Of a stretch of 64,000 nucleotides of DNA, positions 1 to 18,802 are shown piece by piece (the first letter of the stretch is position 1; each line of letters begins with the position of its first letter). The notes under the pieces are model-generated. The model had not been told where the DNA came from and ran no database searches. It was given only the letters and a program-made list of their open reading frames with translations. The DNA is taken from assembly GCA_951406725.2 (NCBI GenBank), contig OX597829.1, forward strand, positions 11,222,001 through 11,286,000, written 5' to 3'. The stretch comes from Octopus vulgaris. Taxonomy: Eukaryota. A program made the translations under genes and the position numbers.

Positions 1-1604
1 GAAAGCAAGAGAATTATAGTATGCTTTATAATAGCTTAAAATGAAATAAAACTGTATTCACATTCACTTAATACTGCTTTCGTATTTAATGATTACATGA
101 TTATGTTATTTACACTATTAAATTATGAAATTTACTATAAATATTTGTATATGTTATACAGTACCTTAGACAGTATGCTACAGATAAATACAGACTCGGG
201 GCTGCTATAAACGTTCAGGAAAACAATTTCATTTCTTTCATAAATGATAACTTTCCAAAACAAATTTGTGTTCCATTAAACTAAATATGGCTTCATTAAG
301 AGCAATGTATGCTTAGGCATGCTACTTTTGTGGGTTACATTTATGGATTGCATTTATTGTTAACACATCGTGTGTTACTGAATACTGAAACATGCGTAAC
401 CGATGAAATAAAGAAATACTGAGTTCAAGTCGTGTTCTTTTCTCTCATTATCGAAGTGCTTTTTGTATTACGTGCTCTTATAGCGCACCTCTGGTTACGC
501 AAGACCCCTTGCGAACACGCAACTGTGATAAACAATAAAAGCCGAAGCCTGGAATAATTGTATGTATGTATCATTGGATGCCGAACGCATCAAATCATAC
601 CCCACACGCACACACAAACAAACAAACTAATAAGCAAACATTATTCGTACATATACGTACATATATGCGTTGCCATTCAGTGTCACACTAAACTCACAAA
701 AATGCTTGACTAGGAAACTTTGTAAGATCGACTTGGTCAGTGAAGCGAATCAGATAGTCAGTGACAAAGAAATGAAGCGGTGATCTCAAATAAATAGAAA
801 AAACAGGTATGTTATTGTACACAGCTAGGGCGTGGTAGGCATTGACCTAATGCTAAATATAAATTAGGAGGTGACGTACTGAAAAGAGAAGGCAAAAAAA
901 TTCACTTAATAAAATTCTTTCTCTTTCGCAGACAATGAAGCAAAAATGAATCGATTCAGAGAAGACGTTGATGAGTTTGCAAATGGCACCGAAAGGACAT
1001 TGACGAACCTAACTGATTGACTGATTGATTGACCGAACAATTGAATTAATCAAAAAAATGGACCTGTTAATTGATTAAATGCTTAACTAGACGAGTTAAT
1101 AATGAAATATAGAGAAATAGAACAAGTGCATGTGTTTATTATTATTATTGGGCCCTGCCGAAACACAGCAAAATATGCTTCAACACACGAATTCACATCA
1201 AATCTTACAAAACAAATACAAATACGAAATTATCATTAGTTCTTAGTTACATCTAGCAAAGGAAAACAGGGGAGATAATTTCATGAAATTGAGCATTATT
1301 TTCTCGAATTAATTTATGTATTTTGACAGAGAATTTTTATTGTATTTTAGAGAAGATTAATGATTTTTAATGCGCTTAGATTAATAAACAACTCTTAACA
1401 GAGACAATTGACAGAGAATGTTGGAGATGTACATCATTCAGGACTCTAGTTAACTAAGATCGCAACATTGTTTTTCCACATCAGCGCGCACACATACACA
1501 CATTCACACATACACACACACATTCACATACACTCATACACATGCGCACACACACTGTAAGCATGGTTTTAGGGAATGTCGCTATTTAACTAGATCATAT
1601 TAGA

Positions 1605-1613
1605 TCAGTAGTT

Positions 1614-1689
<76 letters not shown>

Positions 1690-1701
1690 CAGAAGCAGCA
1701 G

Positions 1702-1767
<66 letters not shown>

Positions 1768-1797
1768 CAGCAACAGCAGCAGCAGGAGTAGTAGTAA
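1605..1797. repeat. (GTA)n/(GCA)n compound microsatellite
   Basis: Direct reading; source of the poly-T and poly-L ORFs. Confidence 0.95.
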
Positions 1798-1867
1798 GCA
1801 AATCAAAGACAGCATATGTTTAAACTGACTTCCTTTTCTCCCAATTGTGTAAAATCAGAAATAGTAA

Positions 1868-1895
1868 AATAATAATAATAATAATAATAATAATC

Positions 1896-1959
<64 letters not shown>

Positions 1960-2222
1960 CAACAACAATAATAATAATGTCAGTTAATTACAGCATACCG
2001 TAACGCCCTCTACCAAAAATATTCATGTAGTAGAACGCGCGTTATTGTGTTCCGATAGAGCAAGGCATTATATTCCCAACAAAGGGTTCTTGAATATTAT
2101 ACAGAAGTGCTAGATTGTGGCATCACCAGTTACTCATGTCTAAATTATGGACCCAAAACAAAAAAAAAATTTAAATTAAAAACTATAAGATGAAAAAAAA
2201 AGTAATTTTATTTTACTTTTTA

Positions 2223-2296
<74 letters not shown>

Positions 2297-2441
2297 GTTT
2301 ATATATTTTTTATTTATTTATTTTTCATTTTTCCATTCAGGCAATTACTACCAGCATCACCATTCCGCCATATACAAAGACTTTAAAGTCCAACAACTGT
2401 ATTGAAGTCGCCAATATATTTTTGATAATATCATTACTACA

Positions 2442-2497
<56 letters not shown>

Positions 2498-2609
2498 TAA
2501 TAATAATAATAATAATGAAGAAGAAGAAATGCGCAAAATGAATCATTTTCACTGATACATATGAGTGTGTAAATCACGCATGCACACACGCACATACATA
2601 GACACACAT

Positions 2610-2669
<60 letters not shown>

Positions 2670-3034
2670 GCATATATATATTCATACACACACATCCATA
2701 CGTACACATATGCATATATAGGAATATATATACATGTATACATTATACGTATATATGTATATATGAGTGTATGTATGTGTAAATAAATATATATATGTAT
2801 ATATATATATATATGCATAAAAACATACATATACATGCACAGAATACATATATATATATGTGTGTGTGTATGTGTGTATGTGTACATGTGTGTGTGTATG
2901 TATACAGACATATGTATACACTTGAGCACCCACTAAAATCAAGAAAAACCGCTACTAATACCAATACTATTTTTATCAATAGAGGAACGAAAAGAGAGAA
3001 CAAATCTATAAAAAAAATAAAATCCACCCACCTC

Positions 3035-3077
<43 letters not shown>

Positions 3078-3670
3078 AAAATTCATTTCCTGTTTTAGGC
3101 ACCAATGTCATAATCAATTATAAAGCCTGCTATTGCTTGTGTTGTCTGGTCGTTGTTAATGCTCTGATAATAACGATACTATAGCACTGATGACAATGAT
3201 GATGATGAAGATGAAGGTGGCGATGATGATGATGATGATGGAGGAGGAGGAAATGGGTGGTGGTGGTAGTGGTAGTTGTGGTGGTGGTGGTGGTGGTAAT
3301 TGTGGTGATGGTGGACATGATGATAATGGTGATGATGACAAAGGTGATAAAGAGGAAGGATGTGCAATGTTAATTGTGTTGTTGATGACTGCGATGAGCT
3401 TGATAGCACTGATGATGGTGATAATGACATGAATGATGATCATCATTATAATCATCATCATAATCATCATCATGACATGGATCATAACGATGATGATGAT
3501 GATGATTACGATGATGATGACCGGAGATGAGTGAGGGCATTATTATTGTAAAAAGATAATAATGACAATACTAACACAACTGCTACAACTACCAATAAAA
3601 ATAATAATGATTATCATCATCATCATCAACGTCATTGCCATTATTATTGTAGTTGTTGTTGTTATTATCA
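1868..3670. repeat. Cluster of simple repeats: (AAT)n, (TTA)n, (TA)n/(CA)n, (GAT)n/(GGT)n
   Basis: Direct reading; low-complexity tracts separated by short unique AT-rich DNA. Confidence 0.9.
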
Positions 3671-4121
3671 TTGAATTGTTTACTGTAACGGAGAACCGGG
3701 AAAGAATAAATAGAAACAAAAAATAAAGAAATTGAGGAGGGACTAAATTTTATTAATATAGTGGAGTCAAAACTGGGAAATGTTTATTGAACGAAAACGA
3801 AGTCATGAGGAAAATATGATATGAATGGAAAAAAATGAAAAACCTGCAAAACAAGAATAATAATAATTTAGAAGATAAAAAGAAGATATTAATTTGAAAA
3901 AAAGATGATTATGAAGTTTGTTCCAGAAAATATTTGAATATGATGAACTTTCAGTTTTTTAACACAAAACCTAAATATGAACAGATACGGATGTGGAGAT
4001 GAGAAAGCTTGTAAGATAATCGCGTTTCTGGTTTCCATACTAGTCCGCAAAACCTTGTTCAAAGATCTAATATAAACGCAGGTTGTAAATATAAATTTAG
4101 TAGGTGAAAACAGAAGTATAT

Positions 4122-4159
<38 letters not shown>

Positions 4160-4194
4160 ATATATACGCACACACACACACACACAAACACTGG

Positions 4195-5490
4195 AAAAGT
4201 ACCCCGAAGTACTTCCGAAATGCACAAACTAGATTTTTATAATTGAAACTTTCAAATTTATACTTCAGAGCAATTACTTCGTATTTGATGATACCTACTA
4301 TCGTCAATAATGCGGAATTGCGATAGGAATGAAAGCAGCCCCTGTTCTTGCCAACATAATAATGGGATATTTTGAATTCACCTTATATGAAGTTTCACTA
4401 CAAAAATATGGATATCTATTTCACCAGTATATTAGAGAGAACTAGAAAAGATATCTGGATGACTGCATTATCGTTTGGAAGGAGACCGTTGATAGACTTT
4501 TGGAATTTAAATGAAAACTAAATTATATAAACCCTAACATTCAATTTACAATGGAATAAAGCAAAGAACAGTTCCCTTTCTTAGATATCAGGATAAAAAT
4601 ATTCAACAACCGTATTGTAACTGACATTTATCATAAACCAACGGACTCGAAACAACATCTGTTTAGCTCATGCCACCTGAAACACATCAAAAGAAATATC
4701 CCCTTTAATTTGGCAAAAAGGATTTGCACAACAGTGCCTGATGGAAATAACGGGACCTTCGTCTTCAAGACTTCAGAACAACACTAACTGGAAGACAAAA
4801 TCCACGCACACTTATAAACGATGGAATTAAGCGTGTCAAGAAATTATGCATTAAAACACTAAGCGAAACGAAACGTAACGCCACACCTCAAAGGACTACC
4901 GTATATATCAACGCACAACCCTAGAAACAATGAGGCATACAATACTATTGTACAAAATCTACCTTTGCTCACTAAGGATCCAAAAATGAATATTCTGAAA
5001 ACACATAAATTCGTCAAATGCAAAAAGCAACACAAATCGCTAAAAACACTCTGACAAATGCGAAGCTTTACACAACCAAGAAACCAACGGTTAAAAAATA
5101 TGGACGCCCAAACTGTGGAACATGACCCAACCTACTCGAAATTTCTATTCAAACAAGTAGTGAGGTTCACAATTAAAACCAACTTCACTTGTGCATCCTA
5201 GAATCTAATTTATCTTATAACTTGTTCAGGTTGTGGACATAACTATATAGGATAAACAAGTATGAGACTAAGACAGAGAAGCACACTACATAAGGAATAG
5301 ATCCCTTTCCGCAATACAGACAGATTCCTTTGAGTGAGCATATAGAGAGTCGTGCAGGTAATGTCCGACCAAACTTCCCAGTTTTCCCCATCTACCAGGG
5401 CAAAGAAACAATTTCTGTACAAGAACACTTAAATAAAGAAAATTTATGTAGCGAAAAATATAGAACACGCCAGAATACGAACGCATAACC
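4195..5490 (+). mobile_element. Degenerate Penelope-like element (RT C-half plus GIY-YIG endonuclease)
   Basis: Manual translation across stops/frameshifts gives FILQSNYFVFDDTYYRQ*CGIAIGMKAAPVLANIIMG, KRYLDDCIIVW, FPFLDI..TDIYHKPTDSKQ, IPFNLAKRIC and the GIY-YIG motif NLIYLITCSGCGHNYIG*TS. Missed by the ORF track. Confidence 0.85.
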
Positions 5491-5574
5491 AACTTTGCTC
5501 TTAGTGTGTATTTTAATTCATGATCACATATACATATTTCATCTCATTACTTTAGCTTTTGAGTTTATGTGTGT

Positions 5575-5575
<1 letters not shown>

Positions 5576-5667
<92 letters not shown>
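5576..5667. repeat. (GATA)n microsatellite
   Basis: Direct reading; abuts the 3' end of Tx1-type copy 1. Confidence 0.97.
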
Positions 5668-7530
5668 AGTTTCTTTATTAGCTACACAGGGCCGAACAAA
5701 GAGGGGACAAAATACAAAGTAGAGTTTTTCTTTTCGGAAAAAAAAGAGCGAAAAAAAAAAGGGATCGTGTATCACAGAAAAATTTTAAAGTGTAAAAAGC
5801 AAGATTAGGTTTATGGAAAAGACCACGCAACCTCAGGCAGGGAGGGAATAAACACATGAGAGCAAAATGCTCTCTCTCTCTCTTTTACGATTTACAGGAT
5901 CATGCTCAAAGTGGTTTCGTCACTTGCACGCACCATCTTTGCTACATCCACCCACCTTTTATTGAAACTTTTTACTAGACAAAACCTGCCTCTCCATTCT
6001 CACCTTCCTTCTCAAGTGGTACCTGAAAAAGTTGATGAGCGATTGGCCAGAGAGGTAAGAGTTTGTCTCTAAACCTTTCGCTCGAGTCCACCACACACAT
6101 TCTTTCACCACAGCCAGCAGTACGATGAAGACTGCCTTGCCTTCCCGGTTGAGGGAAGATGGCTCATCCCACACGTGACAGCAGGCGTTCGGCATAAGCC
6201 CACAGGTCGGAAATTGTTGGACACTGCACGAGTGCGTGCAGAACGGTTTCGTCGCTCTGACCGCATCTCGGGCAAGTCGGTCCAGTGTGTCTCCAACCGT
6301 GCCTGTAGAGTTTATCCTGAACGGGCAATGCTTCTCGATAGCATTACCAGACCAGGGATCTCTGGTGATTGTCTATAGGTCCCATCCCGAAAGTTGTCCT
6401 GGACAGACGAGTCAGGTGTTCCTCGTCGACGCCCAGATTCTGCCCGAGAATGTCGTCGCACCTCCTTTCCAGTCGCACGAGTTCGGTCCCAGACGGCAGA
6501 GTTGCTTGACAGCAAGGCGGCACTAGCTAGTGCCATTCGCCCAGCCTCGGTCTCTGTTTGATCCACGACTGCAGTTCGGCCAAAGAGACGAACTGCGAGA
6601 AAGCACATCGCACAAACGGAGACCATACCTGTTCACTGTATTCTATGAAGCGCCAGAGATGTTGCAGTCTCAGCGCATGTCTGCGCATCATCATCCACGG
6701 AATGCCTAGCCCTCAATTTAGCGGGTGTTGACAGCAAATGGATCGCCTAACCATCGGAACCACAGGAAGCGGAAGAGTATGCGTTCCAGTTTGGTGATGG
6801 TAGGGTCGGTATAAGGCACGACGGTCAGGCGGTACTCGATGACGGATCCGATGTACGCGTTCGCCACCTCCACCCGACCTTTTAGGGATAGCTTCCTCTC
6901 AGCCTATTGCTGGGTGAGAGTGGCCACCTTAGTCCTTATCTCGCACCAGTTCTTCTCCATTTGGAGGTCCGGACCAAACCAGACTCCGAGCAATTTAACC
7001 GGTCTGTTGATCTAGCATCCCACGATAGCAGCACTGTTGAAAGGCATGGGCTTGCTTCTCCAGGTGCCGAGCCGTTAAGTTTTGCTCCCGTTACCGCTTC
7101 GTATTATTTTAGTGTCTCGCCGACCAGGTCGATTTGCTTGTGGTTCCACACTATGACAGTGTCGTCGTCCGCGTAGGCAGACACGCTCCTACCGCATCCA
7201 AGATCTCGTGGGATACCCCTCAGCGTCACCAGCTTCCGCAGTAGTGACTCAAGAGTCAATACGTACAGAAGTGACGAGAGCGGCCATCCTTGACGAACCG
7301 AACACGTGATGTTAAATGGTCTGGACAGATAACCATTTACGCGACAGAACGGATACCGATGTATAAGGCAGCGATCATCCACAGATGGGACCGAAATCAA
7401 CCGCTCTAAGAATAGCCTCCAAGTAGTGATGGTCTACTCTTTCGAAAGCTTTTGATTGATCTAAATTGATCAGCGCCACCCCCATGACAGGTTCCTTAAC
7501 TACGCTGTCTATAATGTAGCGCATCAGATG
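5668..7530 (-). mobile_element. Tx1-type (L1 group) non-LTR retrotransposon copy 1, 5'-truncated, degenerate RT
   Basis: ORFs 7375-7734 and 7104-7400 carry LDQSKAFERVDH, VRQGWPLSSLLY and SAYADD. The C-terminus is homologous to copy 2. The 3' UTR ends ...AATAAAGAAA then (CTAT)n. Confidence 0.88.
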
Positions 7531-7537
7531 GAGATAT

Positions 7538-9074
7538 GTTTCTTTATTAGCCACACAGGGCTGCACACAGATAGAACAAATTACAAGGTAGAGCTTTTCT
7601 TTTGAAGGTAAAAAAAATAATAAATAAAAATAAAAATAAAAAAAGGGGGAGTCGATCAAAAGGGATCGTAAAAGGAGAGAGAGAGGACAAAAAAGGGGGT
7701 AAAAAAAAGGGGGAGAGGAAAAAAAATTGATCAATAGGGATCGTTATCACAGAAATGTCAATATGAAGTGTAAAGGGGAGGACAGGTGAGGTTTACCCGT
7801 GGAAAGAAAAGCCTACGGAAAAGACCACGGTAACCTCGGTCAATGAAGTCACATGTTATATTTCTTTTTTTTTTTTTTGCAAATAAGCAACTCTCTGTAT
7901 TAATTTTTACGGTTCATAGGATCATAGTCAAGGTGGCTTCGTCATTCATACGTGCCATCCTTGCTACATTCACCCATCTTTTTTAAAACATTCACTAGAC
8001 AAAACTTGCCTCTCTACTCTCACTTTTTTCTTCAAGTGATACTTGAAGAAGTTGATGAGAGATTGACCAGAGAGGAAAGTGTTTGTCTCTAATCCTTTCA
8101 GGCGCGTCCACCAGAAACATTCTTTCGCCATAGCCACAAGTATGATAAAAATAGCTCTTCCTTCCCGTTTGAAGGAAGGAGGCGTGACGATATTAACGAT
8201 AGACTCGGCTGATAAACCGACACGTCCCACACGTGACAGCAGTCGTTCGACATAAGCCCACAGGTGGGAAATTGCTGGACACTGCACGATTGCGTGCAGA
8301 GCGGTTTCGTCGCTCTGCCCGCATCTCGGGCAGGTCGGCCCCGTGTTTCTCGAGCCATGCCTATAGAGCTTATCCCGAACGGGTAGCGCTTCTCGGTAGC
8401 ACCGCCAGGCCAGGGATCTCTGGAAGTTGTCCATAGGTCCCGGGCCGAAAGTCGTTTGAAACAAGCGGGTCAGGTATTTCTCGTCGACGCCCAGGTTTGC
8501 CCCGAGCTCGTCGTCGTACCTCCCCTCCACTAATCCCCTATAGAATGCTTTGGTTGTGATGAAGTCACTCGAGGTCGACCCGGGACGGCAGAGTTACTTG
8601 AGAGCAACGCGACACTCGCGGTGCCATTCGCCCTTCCTCGGCCTCTTTTTGATCCACGACTGTAGTTCGGTCATGGAGACGAGTTGCGGGAAAACGTGCC
8701 TCACAAACGGCGACCACACCTGTTCACCGTCGTCTACATAGAGCCGGAGATGTCGCAGTCTCAGCGCGTGTCTGCGCATCATCAACCACGGCATGCCCAG
8801 CCCTCCTTTTAACGGGTGTTGACAGCAAATGGATCGCCTGACCATCGGGACGCATCCTTTCCACAAGAAGCGGAAGAGGATGCGTTCTAGTTTGGTGATG
8901 GTAGGGTCGGGACAAGGTACGACGGTCAGGCGGTAGTAGATGATGGACGCGATGTACGCGTTCACCACCTCCGCCCGACCTTTTAGGGACAGTTTCCTCT
9001 CGGCCCATTGCTGACCACCCTACTCGTTATCTCGTTCCAGTTCTTCTCCATTTGGAGGTCCGGACCGAACCTGG
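7538..9074 (-). mobile_element. Tx1-type retrotransposon copy 2, 5'-truncated (post-RT region and CCHC)
   Basis: ORF 8594-8968 (RFLWKG..HPLKGGLGMP) and ORF 7970-8530 (CPRCGQSDETALHAIVQCP) are typical L1/Tx1 ORF2 C-terminal motifs. The 5' end joins (GATA)n. Confidence 0.9.
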
Positions 9075-9412
<338 letters not shown>

Positions 9413-9580
9413 CAATTTATTAGCCACACAGAGCTGCACACAGACGGGACAGATTACGAAGTACAGCTTTCCTTTTTTGGGGAGAAAGAAAAAAAAGTGG
9501 AGTAGGTTTTCGATCAAAAGGGATCGTAAAAGGGAAAGAAAAAAGTAAAAAAAGAAAAAAAGCGATCAATAGGGATCGTG
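9413..9580 (-). mobile_element. Tx1-type copy 3 (3' UTR only)
   Basis: Same terminal sequence (tttattagccacacag..ctgcacacaga) as copies 1 and 2, with GATA on both sides. Confidence 0.85.
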
Positions 9581-13227
<3,647 letters not shown>

Positions 13228-13681
13228 ATATAGATAGATGGATAGATAGATAGAGTGGAATTCATAAAAATTTTATTAATGCAAGGCAATAAATTCCATC
13301 ACTGAAGTTGCAGAGAAGGCCACTAAATGCCTTTGTATAAACGAGGGTAGACTAGCGGTTTGCTGCTATCAGGATGCATACTGGGGACTGACCAACCCCG
13401 GCTGGATCACTGAACCAAAGATCCCGCAACTACAAAAACATCAATGATGATGCATCCTAGAGCATCATCCGTGAGTATCTTAAAACTAAATTATATAATC
13501 TTTTATATATGTTTCGAAGCACTTTCACAAAGCTATGATTAATACATTTTAAATATTGAGTTGAAAAGCCCTTCTAGACAGAAAAAAAATCAAAGGCTAA
13601 CTATGAGACATGCCTGGAGACGATGCGGATACGAGCGGTTCTCAACCCAATATTTAAAGACTATTATTTATAACTATCTGT

Positions 13682-14120
13682 AAGGCGGTGCGATGGCGGA
13701 ATCGTTAGCATGTCGGGCAAAATGTTTAATGACATTTCGTTCGTCTATGTTTTCTAAATTCAAACTTTTCCAGCGTCGAGTTTAATTTACATTCTCTCCG
13801 GTAAAATAAACGCCAGTTGAGACCTGGGGTCGATGTAATCGACTTTCCTCCTCTCCCGAACATGCTATTCTTGTTTCAAAATGTGAAACCACTACTTTTG
13901 AAGTTCATTAAAGTGACCAGCCAGCAAAATCGTTAGCATGCTATGCTAAAAAATACTTAGCAATATTTCGTCCGTCTTTACGGAGTTCAAATTCCTCCTG
14001 GATCGACTTTGATTTTCATCTTTTCAGGGTGGATAAAATATGGGCCAGCTAATCGATATAATCGATTTACCTCTCTACTGAAATTGCTGGCCTTGCACTA
14101 AAATTTGAAACCATTATTTA
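13682..14120 (+). mobile_element. Two tandem degenerate tRNA-derived SINEs (short family)
   Basis: Both show the family pattern: ..aatcgttagca head, (g)ttcaaa B-box-like motif, tcgact..ttcat.. body and ..tgaaacca tail. Confidence 0.7.
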
Positions 14121-14616
14121 TAGCTTTATGTGTATGCTTCAAGATATTCCTGAAAGAAATAAGCATATATTTCTAAGTATGTGTGTGTATCATTATTTGA
14201 TGATGCGTAGAGATGGCGAAACTTAGAGTCGTAATGAAATTAATAGTTAATATATTTGAATAAAGTTATGTATGCGTGTGCATGTGTGTGTGTGTGTGTG
14301 CGTGTGTGAAGTCGAGTCACTTTCAGGTAAAACTGTGGGACTCGCAATGCTGATGAAGTAGGCTCAATTGTTGGACCGGGCAGTGTTGTGTCTCTGAGGG
14401 GAGCACTTTATTTTGCATTGCATCAGTCAGCTGTTGAAAATGAGTACCGGCGAGAACATAGAACGAGGTGAAGCCGTGCCGTGGATTGATGTCTCGTTCG
14501 GGTTCTATATTTCCAATTGCTTAAATTCTATGGAGATGGGTATACGCCCCAGCTTAATGAGTCTTTAGACCATAGGCAATATAAATGATGTGTGTGTGTG
14601 TGTGTGTATGTGTGTG

Positions 14617-14790
14617 TAGCCTAGTGGTTAGGCCACACACACTGACGATCACGAGGTCATGGTTTCAATTCTTGGACCGGGCGATACATTGTGTTCTTCA
14701 GCAAAACACTTCATATCAAGCTGCTCTGCGATCGCTTCGACTTTTATTTCTTTATTGCCCACAAGATATTTGTGCTGTACATTAGCTCAA
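14617..14790 (+). mobile_element. tRNA-derived CORE-like SINE, degenerate
   Basis: A-box tagcctagtgg, B-box ggtttcaattc, CORE-like tgtgttcttcagcaaaacact. Confidence 0.55.
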
Positions 14791-15633
14791 TCCTTCTATC
14801 ATCCTTGCACCGTGTGCCATGTAACAAGAGTCGAAGGCTTTCATCCTTTCGGAGTTGATAAATTAAGTAGCAGTGAAATTCTGGAGGGGATGTAATCGAC
14901 CAGTCCCCTACCCTAAAACTTCAGGCCTTGTGCCTATAATAGAAAGGATTATTTGAAGTGATGGGTTTCGTCCCTTGCTTCAAAGGCCCTGGTAAAAAAA
15001 AATAGCAACATCATACCCAAAGTAGTAACGAGAACAGCAATATGTTGGATGCATTAGCAATAGCATTGACAGCACTACAGTAATTCCTCCTATGTTACCG
15101 CCATCGCCATTTATTATGTTAAAATGTGTGCAAATGCAACATTAAATATTACTATCAGACTAGTTTATTACTGACAGCAACCGTAGTACTTCTACCGTCA
15201 TTCCACCACCGCTGCTGCTACCACTATTCAAAATAACACTTTTACCATCAATATGAACAAAGAAATGTTGTTCGCAAAACCCACATGTTCTTGGATTGAA
15301 CATTCGCGAGCAGACAAACGAGAATTCAATCAGAAGCACAAAGACTTCATATCACAACTTCATAGCAAACAAATTGGGGGCGGAAGAAGGTAGTAAAAAG
15401 ATTATTCACTTTGGCTTTATGAACAAAACTCAGCGGGTTTGATGGCTTCACTTCAGCGAAAAACTGGAAAGAAAAAATTTAGACTGTCCCGTTTCATAAA
15501 GCACACCAGAAAAAGGAAACAGAAACGTGTCTGAGAATAAAGTACCGAAAGGCAATTTGCCCGACATTCAAAAAAATATTCTGTTGCTGCTCCTGCTATA
15601 ATCGTTGTTGTTGTTGTTGTTAGGTGGTGGTGG

Positions 15634-15917
15634 TGGTTTCAAATTTTGCCCAGGGCCAGCAATTTTGGGAAGAGGAGCTGTCGATTACATCGACTCCAAT
15701 GTCCAGCTGATAATTTATCGATCCCGAAAGGATGAAAGGCAAAGTCGACCTCGGCGGAATCTGAACTCGCCCGTCGCAACGATCTGAGTTCAGATTCCGC
15801 CGAGGTCGACTTTACCTTTCGGGATCGATAAAAATCAGTAGCAGTGAAACATTGGGGTCGAAGTAATCGACTAATCCCCTCCCACAGACTTCAGCTTTTG
15901 TGCCTTAAGTAGAAAGG

Positions 15918-15920
<3 letters not shown>
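15634..15920. mobile_element. Head-to-head inverted pair of short-family SINE fragments
   Basis: 15741-15768 is the exact reverse complement of 15786-15813, with a 17-nt spacer. The plus-strand copy ends in an (ATT)n tail. Confidence 0.85.
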
Positions 15921-15997
<77 letters not shown>

Positions 15998-16016
15998 CCT
16001 CATTATCATCATTATT

Positions 16017-16228
16017 AAGGCAGCGAGGTGGAGGAACCGTTAGCAAACCGGGCGAAATGCTTATCGATGTTTCGTCTGCCGCTACGTTCTTAGTTCAAAT
16101 TCCGGCGTGGTCGACTTTGCCTTTGATCCTTTCTGGGTCGATAAATTAAGTACCAGTTGCGTATTGGTGTCGATCTAATCGACTGGCTCCCTCCTCCGAA
16201 ATTTCGGGCTTTGTGCCTAGAGTAGAAA
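16017..16228 (+). mobile_element. tRNA-derived SINE (short family), near full length
   Basis: aaggcagcgaggtggaggaaccgttagca...gttcaaattcc...gtcgactttgcctttgatcc...tagaaa followed by (TTA)n. Confidence 0.8.
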
Positions 16229-16276
16229 TTATTTTATTTTTGTTATTATTATTATTATTATTGTTGTTGTTATTAA

Positions 16277-16420
<144 letters not shown>

Positions 16421-16436
16421 CATTATTATTATTATT

Positions 16437-17836
16437 CTATGTTTGACTTTTGCTTTATATTTGTACAAGTTGGCGCCAAGTCTCACCCAGAGACCTCAAG
16501 AGACAACAGGTTGAAAGTTCATGTTGTTGTTATGCCTAGTATGCTATATATTTGGTTTTGTATTTAGTGTTGTACTGGTGAATGTCTAAAAAAAATCAAC
16601 CAAATTTATGTTTGTTTTAAAACTTGAAATTAAATAGAAAGTATTTTGCGTAGGATATGAGCAGTTCTCATGAGCACTATCTTTTGAATTTCTGCCATTT
16701 TGGGGTTTCCTGGTATTTGAGTTAGGTAGCAATCAGCCCCTTTTGCTATCATTCCCAGGGCACCTATGACAACAGGTATTGTTTTAGTCTTCAGGTTCCA
16801 CATTTTGCTGATTTCTATTTCAAGGTCTTTATATTTGCTCAGTCTCTGGTAGGTCTTGACAGATACGTTTATATATATTGGGACAGTCATATCAATGAGG
16901 AGGCATGTTCTTTGTTTGAAGTCTTTCAATATGATGTCTGGCCTATTTGCATCTATCTTTCTGTCAGTTTGAATGGTGAAGTTCCAGAGGAGTGAGATGT
17001 GGTCATTTTCAAGCACTGGAGGTGGTTTGTGTTCCCACCAGTTTGTTTTCATGGAGCAAATCCAGGTTTTTGCAGATTACCCAGTGAATATATTGTGCAG
17101 CTCTATCATGCCTGTTGAGATACTCTGTAGGCGCTAGAAGACTGCACTTGGAGACAATATAATAAATGGTTTCATTTTGTTGTTGACATTCACGACATGT
17201 TGGGCTACTGCCGTTCTTTAATATGTTGGCCTGGTAGGTCCTTGTTGGTAGGCATTGATCTTGAGCTGCTATGATAAACCTTTCTGTTTCAGATTTTAAG
17301 CCAGGGGCCATTAGCCATTGATGGGTCAGGGCTTTGTCAATATCTGCATTATTCGCTCTATTTGGATATTTGCCATAGAGAGGTTTTTCTTGCCATTTAT
17401 CATTCAGAATATCTAAGGCAGCAGTTTTAGCACGGGTTTTCATGCGCTCAGCTTTTTCTGTGCATGTTTCTTGTATGTATAATTCCGAAATTTGTTGTAT
17501 TCGGAATTCACTTAGAATTCCTTTGCATGTATGATGCTTTCTTGTTTTCATGTTTTGAGACAAGTTTTAACATTCAGTCCTCAGAGGTTTTCAGGTAGGT
17601 CTCTAGGCCAATTGTAGCAATCTTCATTGTTATTGCCAGTTGTAAAAGTCCACGGTCTCCCTCTTTTCTTGGCAGATAAAGTCGTTCTATATCTGCCTTA
17701 GGGTGGTGCATTCTATGCATTGTCAACAGTTTTCGTATTTTTCTGTCAAGATTACATATTTCAGTAATTGACCATTTAACGATATTGAAACTGTAAGTCA
17801 CGACTGGTATGGCTAAAGCATTGATCGCTTCGATCC
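16437..17836 (-). mobile_element. R4/Dong-clade retrotransposon family A copy A1, 5'-truncated
   Basis: ORFs 17009-17563 and 16630-17052 carry a degenerate CCHC (CRECQQQNETI..SKC), RHD, and the restriction-like endonuclease RPDI..LIDMTVP..KYKDL. Flanked by (TTA)n. Confidence 0.92.
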
Positions 17837-17942
17837 TTATTATTATTATCGTTATTATTATTATTATTATAATTGACCATTTAACGATATTGAAACTGTA
17901 AGTCACGACTGGTATGGCTAAAGCATTGATCGTTTCGATCCT

Positions 17943-18685
<743 letters not shown>

Positions 18686-18802
18686 GCACCAGTTGAACAC
18701 TGAAATCGATGCCATTGACTAGATCCCTCTTTCGAAAATGACTGGTCTTGTGCCAAAATTTGAATTCATCACCATCATCATCATCCTCATTATCAGTAGC
18801 AT

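Noticed and set aside
2337-3485. Numerous YI/HT/CV/poly-M ORFs here and at 30.7-32 kb, 53.5-54.6 kb and 62-64 kb
   Set aside because: All coincide with di-, tri- or tetranucleotide repeats.
4195-5490. In-frame stops as selenocysteine recoding (reported for Naiad PLEs)
   Set aside because: Stops include TAA/TAG plus frameshifts and the endonuclease is C-terminal; ordinary decay.
13295-13355. Possible hammerhead remnant (ctgaagttgca..aaggc/gcctt..taaac) continuing the 4195-5490 PLE beyond the GATA island
   Set aside because: Both core boxes are mutated and there is no stem I; too degenerate to call.
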